From the NCBI RefSeq assembly GCF_001447785.1, contig NW_015172014.1:1130632-1194631 (forward strand): a stretch of DNA of 64,000 nt, read 5' to 3'. Every line of letters starts with the position of its first letter. Within the stretch, counting starts at the first letter, position 1. The notes below the pieces were generated by a model that saw nothing but the letters and a program-made list of their open reading frames with translations, was not told the origin of the DNA and ran no database searches. Shown piece by piece: positions 47,418-60,380 of the stretch. Origin of the DNA: Gekko japonicus (lineage: Eukaryota). Position numbers and translations under genes: made by a program.

Positions 47418-49778
47418 GTAGGGAGGGTCCATGTCCCCAGTTAAAATCTATTCATTTTGAAATAGTATGCCATTGCTCTGAACTTGGTCTGGGATCCTAA
47501 GGTCACTGGTGTGGTCATGAACCCCACTGAAATGAATGAGACACACTCAAGTGCCAAAGGTGAAAGAGAGACCTGGTGCCAGAGTGCAGGGGTGTTTCGT
47601 TTATTTTTATTTGCATTATTTATGTTATTCATAGTCTGCCTTTCTCACTTGGACTCAGGGTGGCTTACACAGAGTGAGCCAATATATGATCAGCGTTCAA
47701 TAAACAGTACAAAGGGGGTTAGTCATTGAACCAATCAGAACGTAAATATTAACGTGACACATTAAACGATGCAGAAATTACATAGCAAGCTCCTCGTTTC
47801 AGCAAGCTAAACACAGTAGTCTAGACCACAGTCGCTAATGATTTATCCAAGTAACTTTGTGAATCATTTAGTACAGTGCCACTCTGTTGCCTGTGCAGAA
47901 AAGCCCTCTTGAATAATTCAGTTTGGCATAGTTTGCAGAAAGCTATTTGAGGGGGGAGCCTTTCTCACCTCCTCGGGGAGGCCGTTCCATGAGGTGGGGG
48001 GCCACAATGGCAGGGGGCGCCAAGGAACTGTAGATGCAGTGCAGTCCTAAGGGGAGTTACACCCTTGTAAGCACATTGGGTTCAGAAGGGTGCAATTCTG
48101 TCAAGGATTGCTCTGATAGTGTTAGAAGAACATGGCTCTCTGCTAAACTGACAGATTTTCAGTTTCGGCTGAGAGCACAAATCATCCTGTCCCCCGCACA
48201 CACACATGTACACTCATTATAGTGTAAATGCTTAACTGAGGTCCCCCGTAGTGATTTCATTTTCAAAGCTCCCTGTTCCACCGTACTGTAATCAGATCTA
48301 CAACTCCCATTCAAATGGCTCCCTGCAGTCTGTTCCACTGCTTACCCTCCCTGAGACACTTAGCCAGAATAGCCAAGCTTTCTTAGCACCTTTGCCAGTG
48401 CAGCAGCTGCAGGCCTTTGATGGAAAACTGGCCAAGAATGGGGCCTCTTGTCTACTGAAAGGGAAATTCCCAAAGGCAGTCCTTTTAATAAGTTATATGC
48501 TTCTCTGATGCCTGCCATGCATCTGATGTTTCTAAAAGAGTTATTTGAAGAAAGGCAATGACCTTTTGTTTGCTTGGCACCTTAAAGGTGGCTGGCAGGA
48601 ACAGAATGCGGGGGGGTGGGAGATGAAATCTAAAATTTGACACCAGGACTGGCGTTCAGGGCAGGGAAACGGAGGAGGAGTATGTTCTTGTTCCCATCAC
48701 AGGGATTTAGGCTTAGTACCAAACTGAAGCACCGCTGGAGCAGTGGACCAGGGCCATGACACTCAACTCCCCCCAGTGCCATTTCCATTGTTAGAAATTC
48801 CTCCTTTCCGTGAGCTGCTTTAAGCTTTAGTAGGGAAAAGACAATCCATGTTGTGCTGCTCTTTTGATTATCAAAGGATCAAAATGCTCAGTGGTAGAGA
48901 ATCTGCTTGGCATGCAGAAGGTCCCAGGTCCAATCCCTGGCATCTCCAGTTGAAAGGATCAGGCAGTGTGTGATGTGAAAGACCTTTCTCTGCTTGACAC
49001 CCTGGAGAACTGCTGGCAGTCTGAGTGGACAGTACTGGTCTTGATGGACCAAGAGTCTGATTCAGCATAAGGCAGCTTCATGTCTTCATGTACATTACTG
49101 TACGTGATATTTTGTTTTTGAATGCATGGCCTTGTACCTTCAGGGAGGGGCTGTGGCTCAGTCGTGGCAGAGCATCTTCTTGGCATGGACGTGGTCCCAG
49201 GTTCAATCCATGGCATCTTCAACTAAAGACGACCAAGCATTAGGTGTTATGAAAGACCTGTACCTGAGAACTTGGAGAGTCACTAGCAGTCGGAGTAGAC
49301 AATACTGGCCTTGTTGGACCAAGGGCCTGATTCAGTATAAGGCAGCTTCAGGTATTCATGTGACAGTTTTGAACAGGGAAATAACACAAGGAATTAAACA
49401 ACAAAAACCCTTTCCTGTTGTCTTGGGCCCGAGCCGTGTTTGTCTCCCTGTTCCATCACTTCACACCTGATTTTTGCAGCTCAGTGTTATGACAGAAAAT
49501 CTGATCATGGATCCTGATAACATGTGTGGCTTGACCGTCTCAATCCCTTAGTGAAGAAGGCAGTTTTACGAACTGGTTATGCTCATTAGCTAAAAGGTCA
49601 ACAGTTTTACATTTGAGGTTTTTGAGTATTCACAGGTGAATGCCATCTGGAAGAATTTTCTTTTACCAAAGAGGCCTTTTCTTTAAAATATACGTCAAAA
49701 GTCTCAGGAGGAAAGCCCTTATCAGAAACCAACTTGGTGCAGTCATAATTTCTGCTCTTTCTCATATGTGTTTTATAG

Positions 49779-49854
49779 GTGGCCTGGGATGATAGAAGCC
49801 GATCCTGACATTGGAGAATACTTCCTGTTTTCGTCTCGTACAGATTCCCTTCCT
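49779..49854 (+). CDS. ZCWPW1: ZCWPW1 PWWP exon
   Basis: W-WPGMIEADPDIGEYFLFSSRTDSLP; TAG/GTAAGT sites. Confidence 0.96.
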
Positions 49855-50059
49855 GTAAGTATTATGAGCATTTGTTTGTATGTTAGTGGAGGACATGTAT
49901 CAGCAGCTGCCTCCATCCCAGAGTAGTCACGTCTTGGCTCTGGCAAAGGGGTTGCCACACATAAAGGTGTTGGGTGTTTGGAAAGAATACGAGCTGCTGC
50001 ATGCTGGATTAAGGTCATCCACAGCAGCCAAATACGGTCTATTTTATTTCCCATTGCAG

Positions 50060-50164
50060 TCCAAATACCACGTGACATTTTTCGGTGACTCTGTATCCCG
50101 GGCTTGGATCTCCGCTTCTATGCTGAGAAACTTTGGTGAACCAAATGCAGAGGACAATTGTCTG
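50060..50164 (+). CDS. ZCWPW1: ZCWPW1 PWWP exon
   Basis: SKYHVTFFGDSVSRAWISASMLRNFGEPNAEDNCL. Confidence 0.95.
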
Positions 50165-51465
50165 GTAAAGGGGCTTTTGTTTGTGGTTGCTAATTGCAAC
50201 AGAAGATGACCTGATTGGTAACCAGGCAACAGGAGGTTGTGGGTACTGAAAGAAGCCCAACTGGCAGGTGATACCTTTTGACAGCAAACATAAACCAGTA
50301 GAAGGTTACACAAAATAGGTGGGGATAGCGAAGGCATGGCCTCCTGGCAGAGCTGGGAAGTGAGGGAGGGAGGGTGTGTGTGTGTGTGTGTCTCTGGGAC
50401 AGAGAGGTCCTAGTAACTGAAGGAGGACTTTGTTTTGTTCAGTTCCCTATCCCTCCCCCTCCCTCCATGCCAACTCTCTTTGGACTGCATTCAGGGCACT
50501 GAGCTCTTCCTCCTCTTCCCATCTATTGTCCCACCAGTGTTGTATTTTGTAATTGGGAAAGACTGCTGACATTACATTACAGCTACATTTAGGGTTACTG
50601 GGTCCCCCCCCCCCGGCCATCAGCAGAGGATGGTGGTGTAGGGTTGCCAGATCTAGGTTGGGAAACTCCTGGAGATGTGGGGGTAGAGGATAGGGACCTC
50701 AGTGGGGTACAGTGCCACAGAGTCCACCCTCCAAAGCATCTGTTTTCCCCAGGGGAACTGATCCCTGTAGTCCAGAGATGAGCTGTAATTCCGGGGGATC
50801 CCCAGGTCCCACCTAGAGGCTGATATCCCTATATGATGCATACATTTTAAAGCCCTACTGCCCTCCAGATCTGTGTGTTTAAACTGCGATTTCCCCTAGT
50901 CACATGGGAAAGGGTTCCCCCACCCCAAGTTCAACAACAAAAGGGGCACATAGGTGAAGAGTGCAAACCCCTTCCAACACCTGCCCCTTTACTTCCCCCC
51001 ATGCACTTTTCTCCCAGCCTATTCTGATATCAGAGCACAATGAACAGAAAAGAAGTTTCCTGGTGAGGGACTGCAGGGAGATAAGTGGTGTGCGGGGGGG
51101 GGGGGACAGGGCCAGGTACCCTTTGTAGTTAAAAACAGTCACATGCATACATGATTGCCCTTCTATGTGATTGTGGCAGAACTGGGTTTAAACACACATT
51201 GCACCTAGCTGGCTTCTGAATGTGCAGACAAACCTGGCATAATTCCCTGTGTGCTTCACAGAACTAGAGTTCCTAGAGTTCTGTTGGGGAAGTGAAGATA
51301 GTTAAACCTGTACCTGTTTGCAGTATACACATACCTGTGAACAGCCACACACAAAAAAGGCAGTGATTTTTGTTTGGGGGCTGGAAGGACTGAGAGGAAC
51401 AGCAGGCCAGCCCCAGTTCCTAAATCAAAGGGTCCTTTCAATGTGTCTTATGCTTTGTCTTTCAG

Positions 51466-51549
51466 GCCAAGCCCAAGATCAAAGGTGACAGGAAGAATCT
51501 GGAAAGGGCTCAAAAGATGGCAAAAGAAGCAGAGCAAATAAGCATCCCG
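51466..51549 (+). CDS. ZCWPW1: ZCWPW1 exon
   Basis: AKPKIKGDRKNLERAQKMAKEAEQISIP resembles human ALMMAQEAEQISIQ. Confidence 0.92.
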
Positions 51550-53169
51550 GTAGGACAGTGGGCGGCCTTTCACATTTGTAAATATTATCCTTTGGCCTTT
51601 TTTTGGAGTTCTGTAACTGGGAAGCTTTTAGGATGTATGGAGGAATCCTCCCAGTAAAACTGCTGGCAAAATGCTGAACTGCTGTCCAGAGCTGCTTCAT
51701 AAGAACATAAGACCCCTGCTGGATCAGACCAGTGAGGGTCCATCTAGTCCAGCATCCTGTCTCACACAGCAGCCAACCAGTTTCTCTGGAGGGCCAACAA
51801 CAGGGCACAGAGGCCAAAGCCTTTCCCTGATCTTGCCTCCTGGCTCTGGTATCCTGAGGTTTACTGTCTCTAAATGTGGAGATTCCCTTGAGCGGCTAGT
51901 AGCCACTGATAGACCTGTCCTTCATGAATCTGTCTAATCCCCTTTTAAAGCTGTCTGTACCTGTGGCCATCACTACATCTTCTGGAGGCAAATTCCACAT
52001 TTTAATCATTCATTATGTAAAGAAGTAAGAACATAAGAACATAAGAGACGCCAATGTTGGATCAGGCCAAAGGCCCATCCAGTCCAACACTCTGTCACAC
52101 AGTGGCCAGAAATACCAGTGCCATCAGGAGGTCCAGCAGTGGGGCCAGGACATTAGAAGCCCTCCCATTGTTGCCCCCCCCCAAGCACCAAGAAGACAGA
52201 GCATCACTTGCCCCAGAGCCCTGTTTCTGTGAGGCTGGGGAGGGGGGCTATGCAAACCCCATTTAAATGAGTGGAGGAAGCGCATTCCCAGACGGCACCT
52301 TTGTTTGGTTTTTAATTTTTAGAGTACCCATGACAAAACACTTACTTCTATTTTAAAATGTTAAACAGGGGAAATGGTGAGCAACCTCCTGTTGCATGAT
52401 GAGGAAACTCAATTGTGAAGGATTCTAACAGTACTCCATTCAGATATCAGATCTGGCTCTCCATCAGTTTCATTCCCTTTTGTCCAAATGGACACAGAGG
52501 TGATGCCACCTCAGCCTTTAGGAAGCTAGAGTGTAGAGATCCACAGTATAACACATGGAATTCACTGCCACAAGAGGTGGTGGCGGCTACAAGCATGGAC
52601 AGCTTCAAGAGGAGATTAGATAAACATATGGAGCAGAGGTCCATCGGTGGCTATTATCCACAAGGTATAGATAGGAACTCTCAGTCTGGGACAAGGAATG
52701 CTCTGTATTCTTGGTGCTGGGGGAGGGGGCAACAGTGGGAGGGCTTCTAGTGTCCCAGCCCCACTGCTGGACCTCCTGATGGCACCTGGTATTTTTGGCC
52801 CCTGTGTGACACAGTGTTGGACTGGACGGGCCATTGGCCTGATCCAACATTGGCTTCTCTTATGTTGTTATCCTCTTTAAAATTGGTATGAAGTCACTGG
52901 GGGAGACAGATGTACGTGTGGTTTTGGAGTGCAGCAGCATCACATTATACTGATAACACCCAGCTCTGCATTTCTGTTCACATACAGTCCATCCCTGCCG
53001 CCCCTGATCTGAGGCAGTGTTTGGCGGCTGTAGCTGAATGGATGAGGCAGACAGATTGAGTCTGGGTCTAGATACTTCTTATTTTGGACTGCAACCAGTC
53101 CAGGTTTCCCCCCACTTTTTCGTAGCAATATATCAGTACCTATCTTACTCTTCCCCTTTACTGCACCAG

Positions 53170-53224
53170 GAGAGAATAAGAATGTTTGGATTCTGCAGCC
53201 GATTCAGAGAGAAAGACTGCAAAG
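53170..53224 (+). CDS. ZCWPW1: ZCWPW1 exon
   Basis: ERIRMFGFCSRFREKDCK resembles human ERVNLFGFWSRF. Confidence 0.9.
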
Positions 53225-53342
53225 GTATTTTGGCTTTGTTGCTTGGAGTGGTGTGGGCAGCCCAAAGCCTGAATGTTGTCAGAGAAGCCGGGAGGCTCCC
53301 AGAATGTCCCTTACAGAATCCCTGTTCTTTTTTGCGTTGAAG

Positions 53343-53404
53343 GTCTTGACGGCCTTACCTGGCATCCTCGTGCCAAGAAGATTCAAGATCCAGGTGGCAG
53401 GAAG
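53343..53404 (+). CDS. ZCWPW1: ZCWPW1 candidate exon ending in a GC donor
   Basis: Phase 1-0 if the donor is AAG|GCAAGC; needed to keep exon 54169-54232 in frame. Confidence 0.45.
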
Positions 53405-53751
53405 GCAAGCCCTGTGACGTCAACTAAAACTCAAGACCAGGTTTGAGGATGTGGGAAAGGGCCATCTGCTTTGCACACGGAAGCTCCAAGACTCAACCCC
53501 TGTCATTTCCAGTTTTATTTTTCTTTTTAAAGGATCAGGTAGTAGGTGATGTGTAAGACTTCTGCCTGAGACACTGGAGAGCCATTGCTAGTCAGAGTAG
53601 AGACTTCTGAACTCGATAATCTCATCATAATGGTGTTTCATATGTTTGTGAGAGGAGCTTCTTGGGGATGACTGATTCTCTTTTCCATTTGACTACCTGA
53701 AGGCCCTCATGTGGTTATTAGGGAAGTGTTTCTGTGGAAGTTATCTGTGTA

Positions 53752-54105
53752 AAAAGGTAAAGGTTTCCCTTGCTCGAAAGCCACTCGAATCCGACTCTAG
53801 GGTTGCGGTGCTCATCTCCGTTTCAAAGCCAAAGAGCCAGCGCTGTCCGAAGACATTTCCGTGGTCATGTGGCCGGCATGACTAAACACCAAGGCACACG
53901 GAGCGCTGTTACCTTCCCACTGAAGTGGTACCTATTTATCTACTTGCAATTTCTTGCTTTCGAACTGCTGGGTTGGCAGGAGCTGGAACTAGAGACGGGA
54001 GCTCACTCCATCATGCGGCACACTCGGGTCTCGAACTGCTGAACTACCGACCTTCCACAGCCTGCAGTTCAGCATCTTAACCACTTGAGCCACCACCGCA
54101 GCTCC
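53752..54105 (-). mobile_element. Sauria SINE, full length
   Basis: 13-bp TSD AGTTATCTGTGTA at 53739-53751 and 54106-54118. Confidence 0.93.
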
Positions 54106-54168
54106 AGTTATCTGTGTAGTTGGGTGGTATTTGTGCTACCTGATTAACCAGCAGTATCTGTATTCTAG

Positions 54169-54232
54169 GTTCTTCTTGGGACACCAGTGGTGAGACCCGA
54201 TGGAAAGCTTAAGAAGAAAACCTGTGTGAAAA
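54169..54232 (+). CDS. ZCWPW1: ZCWPW1 candidate exon (VLLGTPVVRPDGKLKKKTCVK)
   Basis: TTCTAG/GTGAGT sites, phase 0-1; phase-1 entry hits TAA. Confidence 0.5.
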
Positions 54233-54380
54233 GTGAGTGTTTTGGCCCAGGAAGCTACCCCTCTCCATGAAGTAATTTCCACCCCAGCCCATTCTAGCCT
54301 GCAGTTTCCCATTTTTTCCACAACTCTGAGCGCGAGACTTGTACAGAAATAAAACCAATAGCTCCAACTTGTTGATGCAG

Positions 54381-54506
54381 GGGCCAAAAAAAGCGTGCTG
54401 AAAGCTGAAAGCAGTTCCCCTTTATCAAAGAGGAGTCGAAGGAAGGCAGTGCCCTCCAAAGCTGTAGCTGAGTCCAAAGCAAGGGAGCATCAGGACGATG
54501 TGAAAG
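54381..54506 (+). CDS. ZCWPW1: ZCWPW1 penultimate exon (AKKSVLK..SKRSRRK..DDVK)
   Basis: Donor GTAAGG, phase 1; acceptor TGCAG inferred from an in-frame TAG at 54359. Confidence 0.65.
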
Positions 54507-54917
54507 GTAAGGACTTGTGTACATGAGAGGCTTGTTCTGTTTAGTGCCGAAGAGACACTGTTTCCAGCAGGGTAACTGAGTTAGTCTGTTGCAGTTAGTG
54601 AAAGACACCTTAAAGACTAGCATATTTATTGTGCCAGAAGCTTTCTTAAGCCCCAGGGCCTGCTCAGTTGGTGCACAAAGGCAAAGATACACAAGTGGGC
54701 CCAGAAAGTACTTTCTGAGTCACAACTGGGGATGGAACCCCAAGTTCTGAAGCATTTTTATGGTTCACATGATTATTTAAAGTTCATTTAGCATTGCTGA
54801 GAGAAGGCCGCGGAAGGGACTGGGATTATGCAGCAGGAGAGGATATTGCTGTGCCACACAGGGTGACCGTGTGGTCCAAGGGGGAAAGTCATCATTGGTT
54901 TTTGTGTTCCTCTCAAG

Positions 54918-55240
54918 GTCCTAAGATGCCGTTTGTTGTGCCAAGGTGTAAGGATGCTGAAGCCAAACAGCCCAGTTCCTGCACAGACAGCAGCAGTGCT
55001 AATTTATTGCCATCTGGTCATCCCAGTGAGAAGGGTAGTTTGAACAAGGCTGAAACCACTCAGGTGGCAGAAAATGATCTGGTGTTGAATAAGGTCACTG
55101 TGAGCCATGAGGAGCTGTATGAGTTGAGGGCGTTTGGAGATGAAGAAGAGGAAATTTTTGGCAGCCAGGAAATGACTGTCTTTGCTGAGGAGAAAAATTA
55201 CTCTCCTGAAGACTTCTCCTTGGCTGTGTCCGAAGAGTAG
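54918..55240 (+). CDS. ZCWPW1: ZCWPW1 last coding exon
   Basis: G-PKMPFVVP..EDFSLAVSEE* resembles human GPKKKFKAP..EDFPVALFGK*. Confidence 0.85.
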
Positions 55241-55632
55241 TGCTTTGAAGGGATGTAGCCTTTTGAAAGGATGGATTATTTCTCCCTTGCCATCATTGAG
55301 CAGGGCAAACAAAACTGGAAGATGCCAATACAGATTTACTTGAGTTTACTTGAGTTTAATCTTAAACCCGACTTGTTCTAAACGTGGCAGCAGAACATGT
55401 CTCTCCCGTTTCTTGATTAAACAGGGAACTTGCAAGCAGAGCCATAAACATGACAGAGGGATTCTTGCTTCAGCCTTGGTCCAAAAGAAAATCCAGGCAA
55501 AACAGCATCGCAATACGGGCCTTTTCTGGAGGTGGTTTTGCAGTAATAGTTCATGTTGGCAAATGTTCACATTCAACATGTACGGCTTTTTGGCGAAATG
55601 AAATTGTTTAGCTATAGTTTGGTTTAACTTTT

Positions 55633-55638
55633 ATTAAA
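55633..55638 (+). terminator. ZCWPW1: Candidate ZCWPW1 polyadenylation signal ATTAAA (alternative at 55416)
   Basis: U-rich context, about 390 nt after the stop, just before repeats resume. Confidence 0.5.
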
Positions 55639-56548
55639 GTCTTCTTCTGGACTTAAGTGGGAGTTTCTGGATCATTTAGTTCTGACCAAACTCTGATGCG
55701 GTGTGCGTCTGCCGTTTCAGAGGGGTGCCTGTGTTGATCTGCAGTAGAACACCTAGATAAGAGTCCCGTAGCCCCTTGGAGGCCAACAAGATTTTGGGTG
55801 TGTGCGCTTTCAAGAGTCAGCGCTCCCTGCATCAGCGTGTATGCGAATGGTCTGGCTGCGCATTTGTACACACACTGATCAAAAAGAAACCACTTGGGGG
55901 TCAGCAGGCATCTCCCCCCCCCCCTCGCCTAGAAGAATTGGTCAGGGTCACTCTTACAAACATGTCGTGGATTTTTAGGCTCCTGCTAGCAAGGAAGACG
56001 ATAACATATTTGGACTGGGAAATCTGTGGGGAAACTCTGAAGACAGCTTGTGAACAGCTTTGCTTATCGGAAAGGTCAGGTTAGAATTTTTCATAGACTC
56101 TTGCTGTACTGCTTTTGGCGGACCGTGAATGAGCCTTTGCATCACAGACACTCAGTCCTATTAGAGGGACCCTACTGCCTTCCAGGGGTCTCCAGAGTGG
56201 TTCCCGTGGACACCCGTGGCGTCCACCGACACCTTTCCTGTGGCCTGCCAGGTGTTTTTAGAAAGTGGGTGGGGCCAAGGGGGGTTCAAAGGAAGGCTTC
56301 TGATTGGCCACTGGAAATCTGTCTGGCTGTGCAGATTTTTGAAAACCTTGTTTTGGCAGCAGCTGCCCCCCACAGCACGAGGACCTTCAACTGTGGAACT
56401 GAAGAAGGTCAGCTGCAGGAGCTGTTTTTGTGGCTGGCTCCACCTCCTGCCGCAGCCATTTTCTGGCAGCCATTTCATGGCTGCAGCCACCATAATGTAG
56501 CAGAATTCCAGAGGTAACGACAGGCTCAAAAATGTTGGGGGTCCCCGC

Positions 56549-56756
56549 CAGTGTTCCCTCTAAGCTGAGTCGGTGTGAGCCATGAACACAGGTTTTTAGC
56601 CTCCGGCTCACACATTTTTGCCTTGGCTCAGGAAAGACAGCTCCAGAGCAAACTAATTTATGCAGGAGCCAAATTGCTTGCTCACAACTTTTAATGCCAG
56701 GAGCTCACAAAGTAGAGTTTTTGCTCACGGGACTCCACAGCTTAGAGGGAACATTG
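56549..56756 (+). mobile_element. hAT MITE family A, copy 11
   Basis: Both TIRs intact; no matching TSD. Confidence 0.85.
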
Positions 56757-57377
56757 CTTCTGTTTCATTTCACATCCTCTCCACAAAAACTCCCTCAGAT
56801 AGTTGTGGCAGCCAAGTATACCTCTTTCAGCTCCATTGAGAACGCTCAGAGGATTCTGTGCCTCATTCAAAGAATGTGAGGGTGAACTGAACAGTTCTGG
56901 ATTTCAGTGAAGGGCATTTCCTCCCTGTTCCTTTATTAGTCAGCAGAGGGCGCAGTTGTGTTTACTGTAAAGGTGGTGGTAGCGGTGGAAAGGGCCATCA
57001 AGTCGTAGCTGATTTATAATTTATAATTTGTGCTTTAATGTATTTTAACAATGTAAGCCGCCCTGAGCCTGCCTTGGCAGGGAGGAAGGGATATAAATTG
57101 AATTAGATAAATAAATAAATAGTGGCATAGGATTGTCAAGGTGCAAGAGAAGAACAGAGGTTATTTTTGTTTACAGAACAGCCACCCTGAATTGCAGGAA
57201 AGGGGAACAGACAAAGAAAGCACCTTTCCTCTGAGATACAGTTTCTCCCACTCTGCCTGCCCTCCCCACTTACACTGACCCCTCACCAACCTCATCAGAA
57301 CATTCCTATCAACCTCTTCCATAGCCCACGAGAAAGAGAGTCTGTCACTGAATGGACTGTCCTAAGGAATATCCCCT

Positions 57378-57808
57378 ATGACCCGGATGGTCCAGGCTAC
57401 CCTGATCTCATCAGATCTCAGAAGCTAAGCAGAGTCAATCCTGGTCAGTATTTGTGAGGGAGTCCATCAAGGAATACCAGGGTCACTATGGCAGAGACAG
57501 GCCATGGCAGACCCCTCTGAATGTCTTCTGTTCTGAAAACCCGCTGGGGTCCCCATCAATGTTCCCTCTAAGCTGTGGAGTCTTGTGAGCAAAAATTCCA
57601 CTTTGTGAGCTCCTGACCTTAAAGTTGTGAGCAAGCAATTTGGCTCCTGCATAAATTAGTTTGCTCTGGAGCCATCCTTCCTGAGCTCAGACAAAAATCT
57701 GTGAGCTGCAGGCTAAAAAACTGTGAGCTGGCTCACACTAACTCAGCTTAGAGGGAACACTGGTCCCCATAAGTCGGACTGTGACTGGACGGCACTTTCC
57801 ACCACCAA
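57378..57808 (+). mobile_element. 5S rRNA-derived SINE, family B, interrupted by hAT MITE copy 12 (57557-57762)
   Basis: 5S head GATCTCAGAAGCTAAGCAG, different body ending GACGGCACTTTCCACCACC; MITE TSD GTCCCCAT is perfect. Decayed relative at ~17130-17255. Confidence 0.8.
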
Positions 57809-59584
57809 GGAACATTCAGCTAGAAGTTCCAGGAAAGCTTTTGAATCTGGGGTGAATTAAGAGATTAGTACTTTTAATAAGATACTCATAACCTCTTTCT
57901 TTTATTGTGGACCCATGTCCAAGGCTCAGAACTTGCCGTCAACAGTCACTTAACAGCTGGTAGAAAGTTCTAGAACCTACATGTGGTTTACGGGGTCCAG
58001 GTAGGTACTGAGCCTTATCTTGAACAATTGCTGTACATTAGTTTTCCTTATTCCCCTACCACCACCTAATTATAGGGTCCCTGGATCTAAAAGATTAAAC
58101 TACTGGTACAGTTCTCCCTTCCTGCCCGGACAGACAAGGGTTCCTCATTCCCATTTCAAGGAAGGGATAAAAGGAAGAGTCTGAGAGGTGCCAACAAAGC
58201 GGTCAGCATGGCTACAGTCCTCAGCCCCTCAGCCCTCGTTTTCAAAATGCCAAACATGTTTCCAGTCTTCATAACTTCTTAGAACAGGCTGATGCTATCT
58301 TGATTCTCTTCCTTTTTCTTACTCTCCCCGTCATTTCATTTTTTAAAAAGTTTTAAAAAACATGTATCAAAAAGCAAAACAATTTTTGCTTGTAATTTTT
58401 AAAAAAGAGTAATTTATATGCTTAATATGCCTAATTTATTCTAATTATTGGGTATGGCAGAATTTGAATTGTGTGACTGCAGAGCACACACCGTTTGTAG
58501 GGAATTACGATTTGGTTTTAATGTTCTCTAGGGATTAGTTTATCAGTCCCTTTCAGTTAAATTGGCTCTGGCCTGGGGTACAGCTTCTCACTCAGGGCGT
58601 GCCGGCATTATGGGGTGGAGTGACAGATGAATGAGAAGGTGGGCGGATCATTCCCGCTTCCTCTGGTGTGGCTTCCTCTGGACTTTGCTTCTAGCCGGCT
58701 ACTGCCTTCTGGAAGAGACTGCCTGGATCTTGACCTGAGGAGTTAGCTCTTGCAGGCTTCACCATCCTTCTGTCTCAGTCCAGCTGCCTCATGCCCTTGG
58801 AAGGGTTTGTTTGAGAAGGGAGGAGGAAGACGCAAATCACAATGCTGGGGGAAGTGGCTTTTTGCCCAAGGTCATCCAAGACAGAGACAGGAATAGAAAA
58901 ATCTCCATTTCCTGGCTTCCAGTCCTATGAGCACCACAGCCTATCGATAGGAAATTGGCATGCAGTTCATAGCAATTTAATACATGGCTGGACACAATCA
59001 CGCAGAGTGCTAGAACTGAAGAGTACCTAACAGGGCATGCCTTGTCTGCTATACTTATGTGTTGTTGTTTTTAATTTTTTACTATGTTTTAATATTCTGG
59101 ATAAATTTACGATGAGTAATCAGTGGACTGATACAGCTACTCATCTGGAATTGTTGAATAAATTAGTGAGACATGAAAGGACTATAGATTTGTGAAAACA
59201 AAAAGTCAGGCCAGGAATTTCCCCCCACATTTCTTTCTTTCTTGCTTGCTTCCTTTTTTAAAGAAACATTCCAAATTGCTTGAGATTGAGGGAGCATTTT
59301 TGGGGGTTGACTCAGCATCTGGCTTCCACAGGCTTGAAAATCGCAGACGAATGGTCCGTTGCCCTGCTCTGGAGGTTGAGAAATGTTCATTTTTGTGGTC
59401 TGTAGCTTGAATGAGGTCAGTCTACCCAGAAAGCATTGTTCACACAGCGATGAGTATTTGTTTGGGGGCTGGATGCTCTACAGGATCCGAGGGAGAGGGC
59501 AGCCTTCCCCCATAGCCTTCTTGGTTTGCTTAGGTGCCCGTCAAATCACTCCCGACGAATGGCAACCCTATAAATGAACAGCCT

Positions 59585-60380
59585 CCAGAACACCCTATCA
59601 TTAACCGCCCTGCTCAGGCCTTGCAAACTGAGGGCCTTGGCTTTGATTATCGAGGCCATCCATCTCATGTTGGATCTTCCTCTTTTCCTGCCGGCTTCAT
59701 CCATCTTTTCCAAGCATCATTTATTTGAAACATTTGTTATCTTGTGGAATTTCTACCTTGTGGAATTTAGGGCAGCATACAATGCAGCTAAAATAACAAT
59801 CATAAAAAATGCACACGGCCACAGTTTCAAATCTCCAATTAGAACTGCCAATAAATAAAATACTAATTAAATTAGTCAGATAAGAGTCCTAAACAGAACT
59901 GTCTTTGACTGTCTCCTAAAGACCGAAAGTGTCTTCTTCAGCGAGTCTTATGTTCTCCTGATGTGACCAAAGTACAGTAGCCTCAGTTTAGTTATTTTAG
60001 CTTTTAGGGAGAATTCAGGCCTCATTGGATTTGATCAAACCCATGGGTTTGTCTTTTTGGTGGTCCCTCAAATTCTCCTCCAACACCACATTTCAAACAA
60101 TTCAGTTTTTTCCCTGACACCTTTCTTCATTGTCCGACTTTCACATCCATACATGGTAATAGAGATTAGAGAATACTATAGTATGAATTATTTTGATCTT
60201 TGTTTCCAGGAACACATCTGTACACGTAAGGTTCTTTTCTAGCTCCTTTCAAGTCTTAGTCTCTTGATTTCTTGGTTGGAGTCTCCTTTTTGTTTGGTGA
60301 TTAAGCCAAGGAATAGAAAATCTGTACCAATTTTGGTTATCTTCGTTGTCATCCCTTAAAGTTGTGTAATTCTTTGGTAG
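59585..60380 (-). mobile_element. Old RTE-clade LINE 3' fragment
   Basis: CCATCCATCTCATG..CTTCCTCTTTTCCTG, CTCCAACACCACATTTCAAA and CTTTCACATCCATACAT motifs. Confidence 0.65.
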
